A stretch of DNA of 64,000 nucleotides from the NCBI GenBank assembly GCA_964458155.1, contig CAYWGP010000118.1, positions 9,810 to 73,809 on the forward strand, in the 5' to 3' direction. The notes beneath the pieces were generated by a model. It searched no databases, had not been told where the DNA came from, and saw nothing but the letters and a program-made list of their open reading frames with translations. Source of the stretch: an uncultured Bacteroides sp. (GTDB lineage Bacteria; Bacteroidota; Bacteroidia; Bacteroidales; GCA-2748055). Made by a program: the position numbers and the translations under genes. This document shows positions 18,334 through 28,186 of the stretch, piece by piece; position 1 is the first letter of the stretch; each line of letters begins with the position of its first letter.

Positions 18334-19162
18334 TCTTGGTAATCACTAGATCAGTGAAATATTTAAGTGCATTGTGCTCTTTGCTTTTTAGAAACTTGTT
18401 GGGGGTTATCCCAACCAGTTCCTTGAAGCGATGATCAAAATGTGACTGGTCATAAAAATTGGCACTGTAGGATATTTCTTTGATGGAGGAAAATCCTTTC
18501 TGGTTCATCAGGTAAATCGCATAGTGCAATTGCTGGAGCTTGGCATATAGCTTGGGGGCTACCCCTACCATTTTTTGAAATTGCCGGTTGAATTGTCTTT
18601 CGCTTTTATTTACGGTCCTGGCAATATCTTTGACCTGGATATTGCCATGATTCTTATCCATGATGCCAATTCCTTCTTCTATGTAGTTGCTGAATGGCAA
18701 TGCCCAGAAAGACATCTCAAGCAAATGATCCTGAAGTATGTCGATCTGCCTGTCTGGATTGTCAGTTGCAAGTAACTGTCCTGTAAGGCTCTCAACCGCA
18801 TTAGAAGTTAAGAACTGAGATAAGTTAACAAGTTCGTTTAAGTGATTTGCCGGGGAATCATGGAAGAGATAATAGAAACCCGCAGGAGTGAATTCAATCA
18901 GGATTTGTTGAAGTTCACCATCATATTTAACGCAGATATTCTGCTCTGTTTTGGGCCCGGTAATCTGTAAGCGCTGGGCTGGTTTTACCTTTTTGGCATT
19001 AATGAAAGTGGGGATATCTTTATGATTGTAGGAAAGATAACTGCATCCACTCGGTATTAATCTGTGTTTGTGTTCAACCCTGCAATGACACTTAAAAACT
19101 GAAATCTTCCGGATATACCTGGTCAGTGAATTACGGACTTGTTTCTGCTCAATTCTGATCAT
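18323..19162 (-). CDS. AraC-family transcriptional regulator
   Basis: C-terminal HTH_18 region 'IARTVNKSERQFNRQFQKMVGVAPKLY' ... 'YDQSHFDHRFKELVGITP'. Confidence 0.85.
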   Translation of the reverse strand: MIRIEQKQVRNSLTRYIRKISVFKCHCRVEHKHRLIPSGCSYLSYNHKDIPTFINAKKVKPAQRLQITGPKTEQNICVKYDGELQQILIEFTPAGFYYLFHDSPANHLNELVNLSQFLTSNAVESLTGQLLATDNPDRQIDILQDHLLEMSFWALPFSNYIEEGIGIMDKNHGNIQVKDIARTVNKSERQFNRQFQKMVGVAPKLYAKLQQLHYAIYLMNQKGFSSIKEISYSANFYDQSHFDHRFKELVGITPNKFLKSKEHNALKYFTDLVITKKNP

Positions 19163-19289
19163 GCAGATGAAATTGCTGGGTGTGCATCGAAATGCCTCTA
19201 TTAAATTTCCGAAATATTATGTGAAAATGCAACATGAGTGATGGCGATCGAACCTTCCTGAGGGGAAAACTGTTCTATTTAAAACCCTT

Positions 19290-19727
19290 ATGATGAATCA
19301 CCAGCTTAGAGTAAAAAAGACCATTGAAATTACCGCATCCCTCATGGAGGTATGGGAAGCCCTGACCGACGGGGAAACAATTAAGAAGTACTTTTTCGGA
19401 ACCGAGGCCATCTCCGAGTGGGAGGAAGGCAGTTCGCTTATATTCAGAGGCGAATGGGAAGGGAAGAGCTATGAGGATAAGGGGACCATCCTGGAAGCCA
19501 TTCCCGGAGAAATGCTGAGCTATGACTACTGGAGCGGCTTTTCCGGCCTGGAGGATAAGCCGGAGAACTATTCAAAGGTAAGCTATACCATGGAGCAGAC
19601 AGTTGATGGGACCATCCTGGACCTGAAACAACAGGGATTTGCCAGTGAAGAGGCGCGGGACCATGCAGACGGGGGCTGGACCATGGTCCTTCAGAATCTG
19701 AAGGAGCTACTGGAAAGTCAGCAGTAA
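19290..19727 (+). CDS. SRPBCC / AHSA1-like protein
   Basis: 'VWEALTDGETIKKYFFGTEAISEWEEGSSLIFRGEWEGKSYEDKGTIL'. Divergent from the AraC gene. Confidence 0.75.
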   Translation: MMNHQLRVKKTIEITASLMEVWEALTDGETIKKYFFGTEAISEWEEGSSLIFRGEWEGKSYEDKGTILEAIPGEMLSYDYWSGFSGLEDKPENYSKVSYTMEQTVDGTILDLKQQGFASEEARDHADGGWTMVLQNLKELLESQQ

Positions 19728-19755
19728 GCTCCTGGAAGAAGACCTCATGTGCTGA

Positions 19756-20253
19756 TCAAAGCTGGGCAGTGATGTGGAGCTGATCGATCCCTGCGACCCC
19801 GGCCAGGTTTTCCAGCAGGTCACTTTCCATGCGACCGCGCACATGTACCAGGACATTTTCATCGCCACCGACCACAACAATCAGGTCCCTGAGTTTGCCG
19901 TTCTTTTCCCGGGCAGCAATCAGCACATCCTCGTCTTCTTCATGTACCTCCATTAAAAGCTGATAATGATCAGCGGAAAGATTAATTTCGTCGGTAAAGT
20001 TTACTCCCGGGTACAGGTCCTGTTCCTCAATGGTAAGCACAGTTACGGAACGTATTGATTTCAAAAGGGCCTTCTCTTCGCGGTCAAGGTCTGCAATAGC
20101 CCCGGCCAGCTTCATTACAAAACCAGGGATCTTCAGGGCCACCACGCCTTCTTCGCCTTTATATTGATAGTAGAGCCGGTCAAATCCTGCAGGTTGAGCA
20201 AAGAGGGTCAGTCCGAAAGAGACAATCAGCAGGGATAGTATCAGTTTTTTCAT
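19756..20253 (-). CDS. DUF4252-like secreted protein
   Basis: Signal peptide 'MKKLILSLLIVSFGLTLFAQ'. The layout ('EGVVALKIPGFVMKLAG', 'IRSVTVLTIE', 'LLMEVHEEDEDVLI') resembles DUF4252. Confidence 0.55.
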   Translation of the reverse strand: MKKLILSLLIVSFGLTLFAQPAGFDRLYYQYKGEEGVVALKIPGFVMKLAGAIADLDREEKALLKSIRSVTVLTIEEQDLYPGVNFTDEINLSADHYQLLMEVHEEDEDVLIAAREKNGKLRDLIVVVGGDENVLVHVRGRMESDLLENLAGVAGIDQLHITAQL

Positions 20254-20317
20254 GGTGTTCGTCTTTGGGTTTCTGTATGTAGGACGAACGAGCGGAGAAT
20301 GTGTTACAGGAAAGTGC

Positions 20318-21268
20318 TCAGGAATCCGGATTTTTTTGCATGGAGGCCATGGTGCCCATCAATTTCAGGTATCCGGCCCTTTCTACAGGCGATTGATGAA
20401 ACAGGGATGTATATGTTTCCCTGCTCATGTTTTGCCATTCCTCTCCGGACATTTCCATTAACTCCCTGCCCGGTTCAAAGGCAGGTTCCCGGTGAACCAG
20501 GACCTTTCTGTTCCAGGGGCAGACATCCTGACAGATATCACAGCCAAATACCCGTCCCGACAGCCTGCCTTCCAGCTCAGGGGAGATTTCCCCTTTGTTT
20601 TCAATGGTCTGGTAGGAGATGCATTGCTCCGAATCCAGGGTGCGATTATCCAGGATGGCCCCGGTGGGACAGGCTTCGATACAGCGGGTACAACTTCCGC
20701 AGAAATCACTCTCCGGGATATCATTATACGGCAGTTCCAGGTTCAGGATAATTTCCCCTATAAAGACAAAGGATCCTGCCCTTCGGGATATCAGCATGGA
20801 GTTTTTTCCAATCCAGCCCAGTCCGGCCTCCCTGGCCCAGGCGCGATCCAGTACCGGGGCCGAATCCACAAATACCCTGCCCTCTGCTTCCGGATGGATC
20901 GATTTGATAAAATCAAATAGCATGTGCATTTTGTCCTTCAGCACAAAGTGGTAGTCACGCCCGTAGGCATATTTTGAAAGAACGGGTGCCTCCGGATCTC
21001 CCTGGACCCTGTCGGTGTAGTAGTTATATAGCAGGGAGATAACTGTTCTGGCTCCTTCCACCAGCCTGGTGGGATCGCTTCGCTTCTCAAAGTGATTGGC
21101 CATATAAGCCATGCGGGCATGATGGCCCTTTTCCAGCCATTGGGTCAGCCTCCGGGAATCTTCGATCAGGGATACTGCCTTTGAAAAGCCGCATCCTGCA
21201 AATCCAAGTTCCAGGGCCTTTTTGTGTATGGCCTCCGACAACTCTTTTATGGAATGGTCTGTTTGCAC
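20318..21268 (-). CDS. queG: tRNA epoxyqueuosine(34) reductase
   Basis: Two ferredoxin-type clusters, 'CGSCTRCIEACPTGAI' and 'CDICQDVCPWN'. Overall QueG-like N-terminal region. Confidence 0.9.
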   Translation of the reverse strand: MQTDHSIKELSEAIHKKALELGFAGCGFSKAVSLIEDSRRLTQWLEKGHHARMAYMANHFEKRSDPTRLVEGARTVISLLYNYYTDRVQGDPEAPVLSKYAYGRDYHFVLKDKMHMLFDFIKSIHPEAEGRVFVDSAPVLDRAWAREAGLGWIGKNSMLISRRAGSFVFIGEIILNLELPYNDIPESDFCGSCTRCIEACPTGAILDNRTLDSEQCISYQTIENKGEISPELEGRLSGRVFGCDICQDVCPWNRKVLVHREPAFEPGRELMEMSGEEWQNMSRETYTSLFHQSPVERAGYLKLMGTMASMQKNPDS

Positions 21269-21288
21269 AATTAAGGGAGCTCCGCCTC

Positions 21289-21612
21289 TTACAACAGGCC
21301 CAGTTCCAGTTTGGCTTCTTCCGAGAGCATGCTTTTATCCCACTGGGGTTCAAAAACCAGGTTGATATTGGTCTTCTCCACCTCCTCCAGGGCGTTGACA
21401 GCATTTTCCACATCCATCATCAGCATATCCACCATGGGACAGTTGGGTGCGGTCAGGGTCATCTCTATATTTGCCTCTTTCTGATCGGTATAGTCAATTT
21501 CGTATATCAGTCCAAGGTCATATACATTTACAGGGATCTCCGGATCGTACACCGTTTTCAGTGCCTCCACGATCTTACCTTCTATCTCTAAAAAATCCAG
21601 TGGTTCACTCAT
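21289..21612 (-). CDS. DUF59 / SufT-like Fe-S cluster assembly protein
   Basis: 'VYDPEIPVNVYDLGLIY' and 'TLTAPNCPM' are typical of DUF59 (MIP18) proteins. It is the last gene of the suf cluster. Confidence 0.8.
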   Translation of the reverse strand: MSEPLDFLEIEGKIVEALKTVYDPEIPVNVYDLGLIYEIDYTDQKEANIEMTLTAPNCPMVDMLMMDVENAVNALEEVEKTNINLVFEPQWDKSMLSEEAKLELGLL

Positions 21613-21614
21613 GA

Positions 21615-22049
21615 TTACTTGTTTTGGATCTCTTTTGCCTGGTAGGCCATGGCATACAGTCGCATTTTCTTCACCATGGCCAGCAGTCCGTTGGAGCGCG
21701 TGGGGGAGAGGTTCTGCCTCAGCCCGATATCGTCAATAAAAAAGAGTTCGTTCTCAAGGATCTCGGCCGGCGTACGACCACTCATCAGCTTGACCAGGAG
21801 GGCCACTATGCCTTTGACGATAATGGCATCACTATCGGCATTGAATTCCAGTCTGCCATCCACCATATCGGCATGGAGCCAAACTTTCGACTGGCAACCA
21901 TTGATCAGGAACTCGTTGCTTCGGTATTTGGGATCGATGGCGGGAAGGTCGTTCCCCAGTTCGATCAGGTAGTTATACCTGTCCAGCCAGTCCTCAAACA
22001 CCGAAAACTCATCCACAATGTTCTGTTGTATTTCATTGTATTCATTCAT
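21615..22049 (-). CDS. sufE: SufE-family sulfur acceptor
   Basis: 'INGCQSKVWL' active-site Cys loop. ~140 aa. Located directly downstream of sufS. Confidence 0.85.
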   Translation of the reverse strand: MNEYNEIQQNIVDEFSVFEDWLDRYNYLIELGNDLPAIDPKYRSNEFLINGCQSKVWLHADMVDGRLEFNADSDAIIVKGIVALLVKLMSGRTPAEILENELFFIDDIGLRQNLSPTRSNGLLAMVKKMRLYAMAYQAKEIQNK

Positions 22050-22059
22050 AGCATTCTTC

Positions 22060-23286
22060 TTATGAAAGCATCATTATAGTCCTCCGGATCCCTTCGGCAA
22101 GAGAATCTACTTCCTCCCTGGTATTATAGAACACCAGAGAGGCCCTGATGGTTCCGTCAATTCCAAAATGATCCATAACAGGCTGTGTGCAATGGGTACC
22201 GGTGCGCACTGCAATTCCCATCTTATCCAGGATCATGGCCGCATCGTAGGGATGAATCCCATCCAGCAGGAAGGAGAAGACCGAAATCCGCCTGGCAGCG
22301 TTTCCGTAAAGCTTCAATTTGTCGATTTCTCCCAGTTTTTCAAGGGTATAGGATGTAAGTTCTTTTTCATAAGTGCCAATAGTCTCAATTCCGATGGATT
22401 GCTGGTATTCAAGCGCTGCCCCCAGGCCAATGGCCCCAATATAGTTCATGGTCCCGGCTTCAAATTTAAAGGGCAGGGTATTGTAGGTGGTACGGTCAAA
22501 GCTCACCTGGTCCACCATATCCCCGCCACCCTGGTAGGGAGGCAGGTCCTCCAGCAGGTCCTCTTTTCCGTAAATTACACCTGATCCGGTGGGGCCGAAA
22601 ATCTTATGGGACGAGAAGACGTAAAAATCACAGTCCAGCTCCCTCACGTCCACCTCCCCGTGTTGGACCATCTGCGCCCCATCCAGCAGTACCGGGATTC
22701 CCCTGGCATGCGCTTTCCGGATCACCTCTTTGACAGGGTTAATGGTTCCCAGGGTGTTGGAGGCATGGGTCAGTGCAACGATTCTTGTTTTCTCGCCAAG
22801 CAGGTCATCCAGTTTCTCCATGTCCAGCTCTCCATTATCCAGAAAAGGGATCACCTTAAGCTGCGCTTCCTTTCGCTGGCAAAGCATCTGCCAGGGTACA
22901 ATATTGGAGTGGTGCTCCATTTCTGAAATCAGGACCTCGTCCCCGGCATCCACATATTTTTCTCCAAAGGAAAAGGCCACCGTATTAATGGAACCTGTAG
23001 CTCCGCTGGTAAAGATGATCTCGTTGCCGGACTCAGCATTCAGAAAGGCGCGAACCGTCTCCCTGGCCGCTTCATAAGATGAGGTCATCTGCTCACTCAG
23101 GAAGTGGATTCCCCGGTGAATGGAACTGTTCCGGGCCTCCTGCAGCTCCCTGATGGTGTCGATCACCACTCGGGGCTTTTGAGTGGTGGCCCCGTTATCG
23201 AGATATACCAGGGGTTTTCCGTAAACCTTCTGCTGCAGTATTGGAAAATCGCTCCTGATTTTTTTAATATCGAGGCCCATGGTCAT
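22060..23286 (-). CDS. sufS: cysteine desulfurase, SufS type
   Basis: 'YLDNGATTQKP', PLP-Lys motif 'FSSHKIFGPTGSGV', 'RTGTHCTQP' active-site Cys. Start chosen at 'MTMGLDIKK', just downstream of the sufD stop. Confidence 0.9.
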   Translation of the reverse strand: MTMGLDIKKIRSDFPILQQKVYGKPLVYLDNGATTQKPRVVIDTIRELQEARNSSIHRGIHFLSEQMTSSYEAARETVRAFLNAESGNEIIFTSGATGSINTVAFSFGEKYVDAGDEVLISEMEHHSNIVPWQMLCQRKEAQLKVIPFLDNGELDMEKLDDLLGEKTRIVALTHASNTLGTINPVKEVIRKAHARGIPVLLDGAQMVQHGEVDVRELDCDFYVFSSHKIFGPTGSGVIYGKEDLLEDLPPYQGGGDMVDQVSFDRTTYNTLPFKFEAGTMNYIGAIGLGAALEYQQSIGIETIGTYEKELTSYTLEKLGEIDKLKLYGNAARRISVFSFLLDGIHPYDAAMILDKMGIAVRTGTHCTQPVMDHFGIDGTIRASLVFYNTREEVDSLAEGIRRTIMMLS

Positions 23287-23291
23287 TTCTG

Positions 23292-24644
23292 TTAATCCTC
23301 GCAATGCATGGCACAGTTGTTACACCTTGAGAGTTCTCCCCGAAGCCTTTTGCCTACAAGATCAGTGATTCGCTCCTGCAGCGAAGTTTGTTTGATTTTT
23401 GAGATCACATCCCAGGTAAAGGCATCCATAAGCATCAGCCGGCTTTCATCTTTGGGAATGCCTCGTGATTGCAGATAAAAGAGGGCCTCTTCGTCCAACT
23501 GTCCAACCGTGGCTCCGTGACTGCATTTTACATCATCGGCATAAATCTCCAGTCGTGGTTTGGTATGCATCCTGGCCGTATCTGTAAGTAAAATGTTGTT
23601 ATTTGTCTGGAAGGCTTCGGTCTTCTGCGCATCTGGATGCACATGTATCTTCCCGTTGAAGGCACCTGTTGAGGAATCGTCCAGCACCCCTTTGTAATAC
23701 TGGTTGCTTGTACACTGTGGTTTACTGTGTTCAATAACCGTATAGCTGTCCACATGCTGCATCTTGTCTGTCAGGAAGAGTCCAAGTGCGCTGGTTTCAG
23801 CTCCCTCTCCCTCCATATTGATGCGAAGATTGTTTCTTACGATCCCCCCGTGCAGGGTAATGGTACCATGCTGACAACGGGAATCTCTTTCCTGATTGAT
23901 CCAGGTGTTGGTGACCTGACAGGAGTTGTTGTGTTCGTTTTGCAGTCTAAGAAGGTCCATGTCGGCATTCTCACCGGTATGGACTTCCGTAACCGAATTG
24001 GTGAGGAACATATGGGGACTCAGGGTATGGTCGCAGATAATCACCTGGGCTTCTGCATTACGCTCCAGCACAAAGAGGTTACGGTGTTGTACCATCTGGT
24101 TCTTGTCGGATAGCAGCAGATTGATGATCTGGATGGGACGCTCCAACCGGGCCCCTTCCGGGACATACAGAAATATTCCATCCTGTGAAAAGGCAGTGTT
24201 CAGGGCCACAAAGGGCTCATCATGGGTAGGGGCGTTTTTCCCAAGGTATTTCTCCACCAGGCCGGGATATTGAATCATGGCCTCTTTCAGGCTCCCGTAT
24301 ATGATGCCATTATCCAGGATTGTCAGGGGCTCCTCCCCGGGATGGTGGTAAAATCCATTTAAAATCGTGAGCACATTGGAATCCAGGAGCGGAACGTCGC
24401 AGCGAAAAATATCTGCTTCATCGAAAAGGATGGGTCTGGGTTTAAAATCCACTGCAAGTTCATCGTCAAATACGGGTTCCAGATGGGTATATTTATACCG
24501 TTCCTCCTTGCGCAGGGGGAAGCCTGCCTGCTGAAAGGATGCAAGGGCCGTATCGCGCAGCTCTTTCATGTAGGGCGAATCGTCCTTCCCGATCTTCTCC
24601 CTGTTTTCATGAAACAGCTCCAGGTATTTATTAAGCGTCTGCAT
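23292..24644 (-). CDS. sufD: Fe-S cluster assembly protein SufD
   Basis: C-terminal 'LEIYADDVKCSHGATVGQLDEEALFYLQSRGI'. 14-nt overlap with sufC. Confidence 0.9.
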   Translation of the reverse strand: MQTLNKYLELFHENREKIGKDDSPYMKELRDTALASFQQAGFPLRKEERYKYTHLEPVFDDELAVDFKPRPILFDEADIFRCDVPLLDSNVLTILNGFYHHPGEEPLTILDNGIIYGSLKEAMIQYPGLVEKYLGKNAPTHDEPFVALNTAFSQDGIFLYVPEGARLERPIQIINLLLSDKNQMVQHRNLFVLERNAEAQVIICDHTLSPHMFLTNSVTEVHTGENADMDLLRLQNEHNNSCQVTNTWINQERDSRCQHGTITLHGGIVRNNLRINMEGEGAETSALGLFLTDKMQHVDSYTVIEHSKPQCTSNQYYKGVLDDSSTGAFNGKIHVHPDAQKTEAFQTNNNILLTDTARMHTKPRLEIYADDVKCSHGATVGQLDEEALFYLQSRGIPKDESRLMLMDAFTWDVISKIKQTSLQERITDLVGKRLRGELSRCNNCAMHCED

Positions 24645-25389
24645 CTACCTCTTGTTTAATCCAGTCATATCCGTGCTCTTCCAGCTCTTTGGCCAGTGAT
24701 TTACCGCCCGATTTCACAATGCGTCCCTTGTAGAGGACATGCACCACATCGGGAACAATATAGTCAAGCAAACGCTGGTAGTGCGTAATCACAATGGTGG
24801 CATTTTCGGGCGAACGGAGATTATTTACACCCTTGGCAACAATTCGCAGGGCATCGATGTCCAGTCCCGAGTCGGTTTCATCCAGTATGGCCAGCCTGGG
24901 CTCCAGGAGAGCCATCTGGAAGACCTCATTTTTCTTTTTTTCGCCCCCCGAGAATCCTTCATTTACAGAACGGTTGGTCAGATCGGAATTGATCTCAACA
25001 ACATTTTTCTTTTCCCGCATCAGCTTCAGGAAATCCCCGGCAGGCATCGGCTCCAGGTTCCTGTATTTACGCTGGGCATTGATAGCCGTGCGCAGAAAAT
25101 TGACCATACTGACCCCGGGGATCTCTACAGGGTACTGGAAACCAAGAAAAATCCCTTCACGGGCCCTGTCCTCCGGACTTAACTCTGTCAGGTCCCTTCC
25201 TTCATACAGGATCTTCCCTTTGGTGATATTTAAATAATCCCTCCCTGCCAGTGCAGAAGCCAGGGTACTTTTACCGGAACCATTGGGTCCCATGATGGCA
25301 TGCACCTCTCCGGCCTTTACCGACAGGTTGATCCCCTTCAGGATCTCTTTATCTTCAATGCTGACTCGTAAGTCTTTTATATCTAGCAT
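24631..25389 (-). CDS. sufC: Fe-S cluster assembly ATPase SufC
   Basis: Walker A 'GPNGSGKST', signature 'FSGGEKKKNE', Walker B 'LAILDETDSGLD'. Start at 'MLDIKDL'. Confidence 0.95.
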   Translation of the reverse strand: MLDIKDLRVSIEDKEILKGINLSVKAGEVHAIMGPNGSGKSTLASALAGRDYLNITKGKILYEGRDLTELSPEDRAREGIFLGFQYPVEIPGVSMVNFLRTAINAQRKYRNLEPMPAGDFLKLMREKKNVVEINSDLTNRSVNEGFSGGEKKKNEVFQMALLEPRLAILDETDSGLDIDALRIVAKGVNNLRSPENATIVITHYQRLLDYIVPDVVHVLYKGRIVKSGGKSLAKELEEHGYDWIKQEVDADA

Positions 25390-25424
25390 GTTATATACTT
25401 TCTTCACATTAATAAGCATTATCC

Positions 25425-26870
25425 TTACCCCACACTCCCTTCCAGGGTGATGGCCAGTAATTTCTGGGCCTCCACCGCAAACTCCATGGGTAATTTATTC
25501 AGTACTTCTTTTGCATATCCGTTTACAATCAGGCTGATGGCATTTTCGGTATCAATGCCCCGCTGGTTGCAATAAAATATCTGATCCTCCCCGATTTTGG
25601 AGGTGGTTGCCTCATGTTCCACTACGGCGGTCCGGTTGTCCACTTCCAGGTAAGGGAAGGTATGTGCCCCGCAGGTATCCCCCAGCAGCAGGCTGTCGCA
25701 CTGGGAGTAATTCCGTGCATTATGGGCTCCTTTTAACACCTTTACCAGTCCGCGGTACGAGTTTTGACTTTTCCCGGCGCTGATCCCCTTTGAAATAATG
25801 GTGGAACGGGTGTTTTTCCCGATATGGATCATCTTGGTGCCTGTGTCTGCCTGCTGGTAGTTGTTGGTTACCGCCACAGAGTAAAACTCACCCACCGAGT
25901 TATTACCCCTGAGGATGCAGCTGGGATATTTCCAGGTTACCGCAGAACCGGTTTCCACCTGGGTCCAGGAGATCTTGGAGTTGTCGCCTTTACAGATCCC
26001 CCGCTTGGTCACAAAATTGTAAATGCCGCCTTTCCCCTCCTTATCGCCCGGGTACCAGTTCTGTACGGTTGAGTATTTAACTTCGGCATTTTCCATGGCC
26101 ACAATCTCCACGATGGCTGCATGCAGCTGGTTTTCATCTCGCATGGGAGCAGTACATCCTTCCAGATAGCTCACATAGGAGTCGTCTTCGGCAACGATCA
26201 GTGTGCGTTCGAACTGACCCGTATTGGCTGCATTGATCCGGAAGTAGGTGGATAATTCCATTGGACAGTGTACTCCCTTTGGGATGTAACAGAAGGATCC
26301 ATCGCTGAAGACAGCCGAGTTGAGGGCTGCAAAATAGTTATCGGTATAGGGAACCACCGATCCCATATATTTCTTAATCAGATCGGGGTGGTTCTTTACA
26401 GCTTCACTGAAGGAGCAGAAAATAATACCCTTGTCGGCCAGGGTATCCTGAAAGGTGGTTTTTACCGAGATGCTATCCATCACAGCATCCACGGCCACCC
26501 CGGCCAGCTGTTTCTGTTCTTCCAGGGGTATGCCCAGCCGGTTAAAAGTGTCCAGCAGTTCAGGATCCACCTCGTCCATGCTCTCATATTTGGCTCCCTG
26601 TTTGGGTGCTGCGTAGTATATAGTATCCTGGTAGTTAATCTCCGGGATCTTTAAATGTGCCCACTGGGGCATAAGCATGGTCTGCCAATGCCTGTAGGCC
26701 TTTAGCCTCGATTCGGTGAGCCATTCAGGCTCCTCCTTTTTGGTAGAGATTAAGCGGACCACATCCTCATTAAGACCCTTGGGAATGGTTTCGGTTTCTA
26801 TATCGGTTTGAAATCCATATTTGTAATCGCTACCCGTTACCTCATTTAATATCTTCTCCTGATCTGTCAC
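25425..26870 (-). CDS. sufB: Fe-S cluster assembly scaffold SufB
   Basis: '[18 protein letters not shown]', 'QCDSLLLGD', '[21 protein letters not shown]'. Confidence 0.95.
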   Translation of the reverse strand: MTDQEKILNEVTGSDYKYGFQTDIETETIPKGLNEDVVRLISTKKEEPEWLTESRLKAYRHWQTMLMPQWAHLKIPEINYQDTIYYAAPKQGAKYESMDEVDPELLDTFNRLGIPLEEQKQLAGVAVDAVMDSISVKTTFQDTLADKGIIFCSFSEAVKNHPDLIKKYMGSVVPYTDNYFAALNSAVFSDGSFCYIPKGVHCPMELSTYFRINAANTGQFERTLIVAEDDSYVSYLEGCTAPMRDENQLHAAIVEIVAMENAEVKYSTVQNWYPGDKEGKGGIYNFVTKRGICKGDNSKISWTQVETGSAVTWKYPSCILRGNNSVGEFYSVAVTNNYQQADTGTKMIHIGKNTRSTIISKGISAGKSQNSYRGLVKVLKGAHNARNYSQCDSLLLGDTCGAHTFPYLEVDNRTAVVEHEATTSKIGEDQIFYCNQRGIDTENAISLIVNGYAKEVLNKLPMEFAVEAQKLLAITLEGSVG

Positions 26871-26937
26871 TTTTCCTCTTTTTTTGGGTAATGATGGTTC
26901 TATCTAATTGTAAATAAGATTAATTTAAAATAGAGCC

Positions 26938-26945
26938 CAAATATA
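26938..26945 (-). promoter_or_regulatory. candidate -7 box (TAtaTTTG) for the suf operon
   Basis: The reverse complement of caaatata is TATATTTG, the Bacteroidota sigma-A type TAnnTTTG. It lies ~70 nt upstream of the sufB start. Confidence 0.35.
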
Positions 26946-26959
26946 CAAAAACTTGTTCT

Positions 26960-26967
26960 TACATTTG
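26960..26967 (+). promoter_or_regulatory. candidate -7 box (TAcaTTTG) for thiL
   Basis: tacatttg lies ~45 nt upstream of the thiL ATG, back-to-back with the suf box. Confidence 0.35.
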
Positions 26968-27012
26968 TATTACAACAGGGCAATTGATTTGTTCGGGAAA
27001 TAAATTCTTCTT

Positions 27013-28050
27013 ATGAGTGCAAAAAAGATCAGGACCATCGAGGAAATGGGGGAATTCGGACTCATCGATCACCTCACTTCAAATTTTAAAAACAAACAGG
27101 AAAGTACCCATGTGGGAGTGGGCGATGATGCCGCCGTGATCAATCATGGAAGCTATTTTCAGGTGATTACTACCGATATGCTGCTGGAAGGAGTCCATTT
27201 TGACCTGGTTTACACTCCTTTGAAGCACCTGGGATACAAGGCTGTTGTGCAGAATCTTTCAGATGTTTATGCCATGAATGCGGCTCCACGCCAGATCATG
27301 GTCTCTCTGGGGATTTCGGGAAAATTCTCTGTAGAAGCACTGGATGAGTTTTATTGGGGTGTTAGACATGCCTGCGAACAGTTTAATGTGGACCTGGTGG
27401 GGGGTGATACCTCCGGATCTATGACAGGACTGGTGATTTCGGTGACTGCCCTGGGAACCGTTCTGAAAGAAGAGTTGACCCTGAGAAGCACTGCTGAGAA
27501 TAACCAGTTGATTTGTGTTAGTGGAGACCTGGGGGCCGCTTATATGGGCTTAAAGATCCTGGAGCGAGAGAAGCAGCTGCATGCAGAGGATCCGGAATTT
27601 CAGCCCGACCTTTCTGGTTATGATTACATCCTGGAGCGCTACCTGAAGCCTCAACCACGGGTAGATGTATTACTGGCGCTGAAGGACTCTGGCATCGTTC
27701 CCGGCGCCATGATTGATATTTCTGACGGACTGGCATCAGAGCTGCTTCACCTCTGTAAGGCATCTGAGTGCGGATGCCAGGTCTATGATGAACGCATCCC
27801 CCTGGCCGATGAAACCAAAGAGGCAGCTGCAGAGTTTCAGATGGAACCCCTGGTGGCAGCCTTACATGGGGGAGAGGACTTCGAATTACTTTTTACGGTT
27901 CCGCTTTCTGCTTTCGATAAGGTCAGTGCCATAGAAGGAGTGAGTGTAATTGGAAATATCACCGATAAAAAGGATTCGGCCATGCTGGTGGGCAATGATG
28001 GGAATGCCATCCCTCTTCAGGCACAGGGATGGGGAACCGATGAAGAATAA
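27013..28050 (+). CDS. thiL: thiamine-monophosphate kinase
   Basis: 'VGDDAAV', 'TTDMLLEGVHF', 'GGDTS', and a PurM/AIR-synthase-like C-terminal domain. Confidence 0.9.
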   Translation: MSAKKIRTIEEMGEFGLIDHLTSNFKNKQESTHVGVGDDAAVINHGSYFQVITTDMLLEGVHFDLVYTPLKHLGYKAVVQNLSDVYAMNAAPRQIMVSLGISGKFSVEALDEFYWGVRHACEQFNVDLVGGDTSGSMTGLVISVTALGTVLKEELTLRSTAENNQLICVSGDLGAAYMGLKILEREKQLHAEDPEFQPDLSGYDYILERYLKPQPRVDVLLALKDSGIVPGAMIDISDGLASELLHLCKASECGCQVYDERIPLADETKEAAAEFQMEPLVAALHGGEDFELLFTVPLSAFDKVSAIEGVSVIGNITDKKDSAMLVGNDGNAIPLQAQGWGTDEE

Positions 28051-28186
28051 AAATCCTGAGATCTTATGATAAGCAATCGTTTTGACCTGGTATTGATTTT
28101 CGGGATCTTCCTGATAAGGGGGATACCTGCCCCGGCTCAGGAGTCCGGTTTTGAATGGCCGGAGTTGCTTGCCTAAAGCACTTTGC

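Noticed and set aside
26968-27012. TPP (THI-box) riboswitch upstream of thiL
   Set aside because: Only ~45 nt lie between the candidate promoter and the ATG. There is no CTGAGA / ACCTGA THI-box elements.
28051-28186. Possible terminator or sRNA in the 136-nt gap after thiL (ccgg-ctcaggagt-ccgg)
   Set aside because: The stem is only 4 bp with a 9-nt loop and no T-tract, which is too weak to call.
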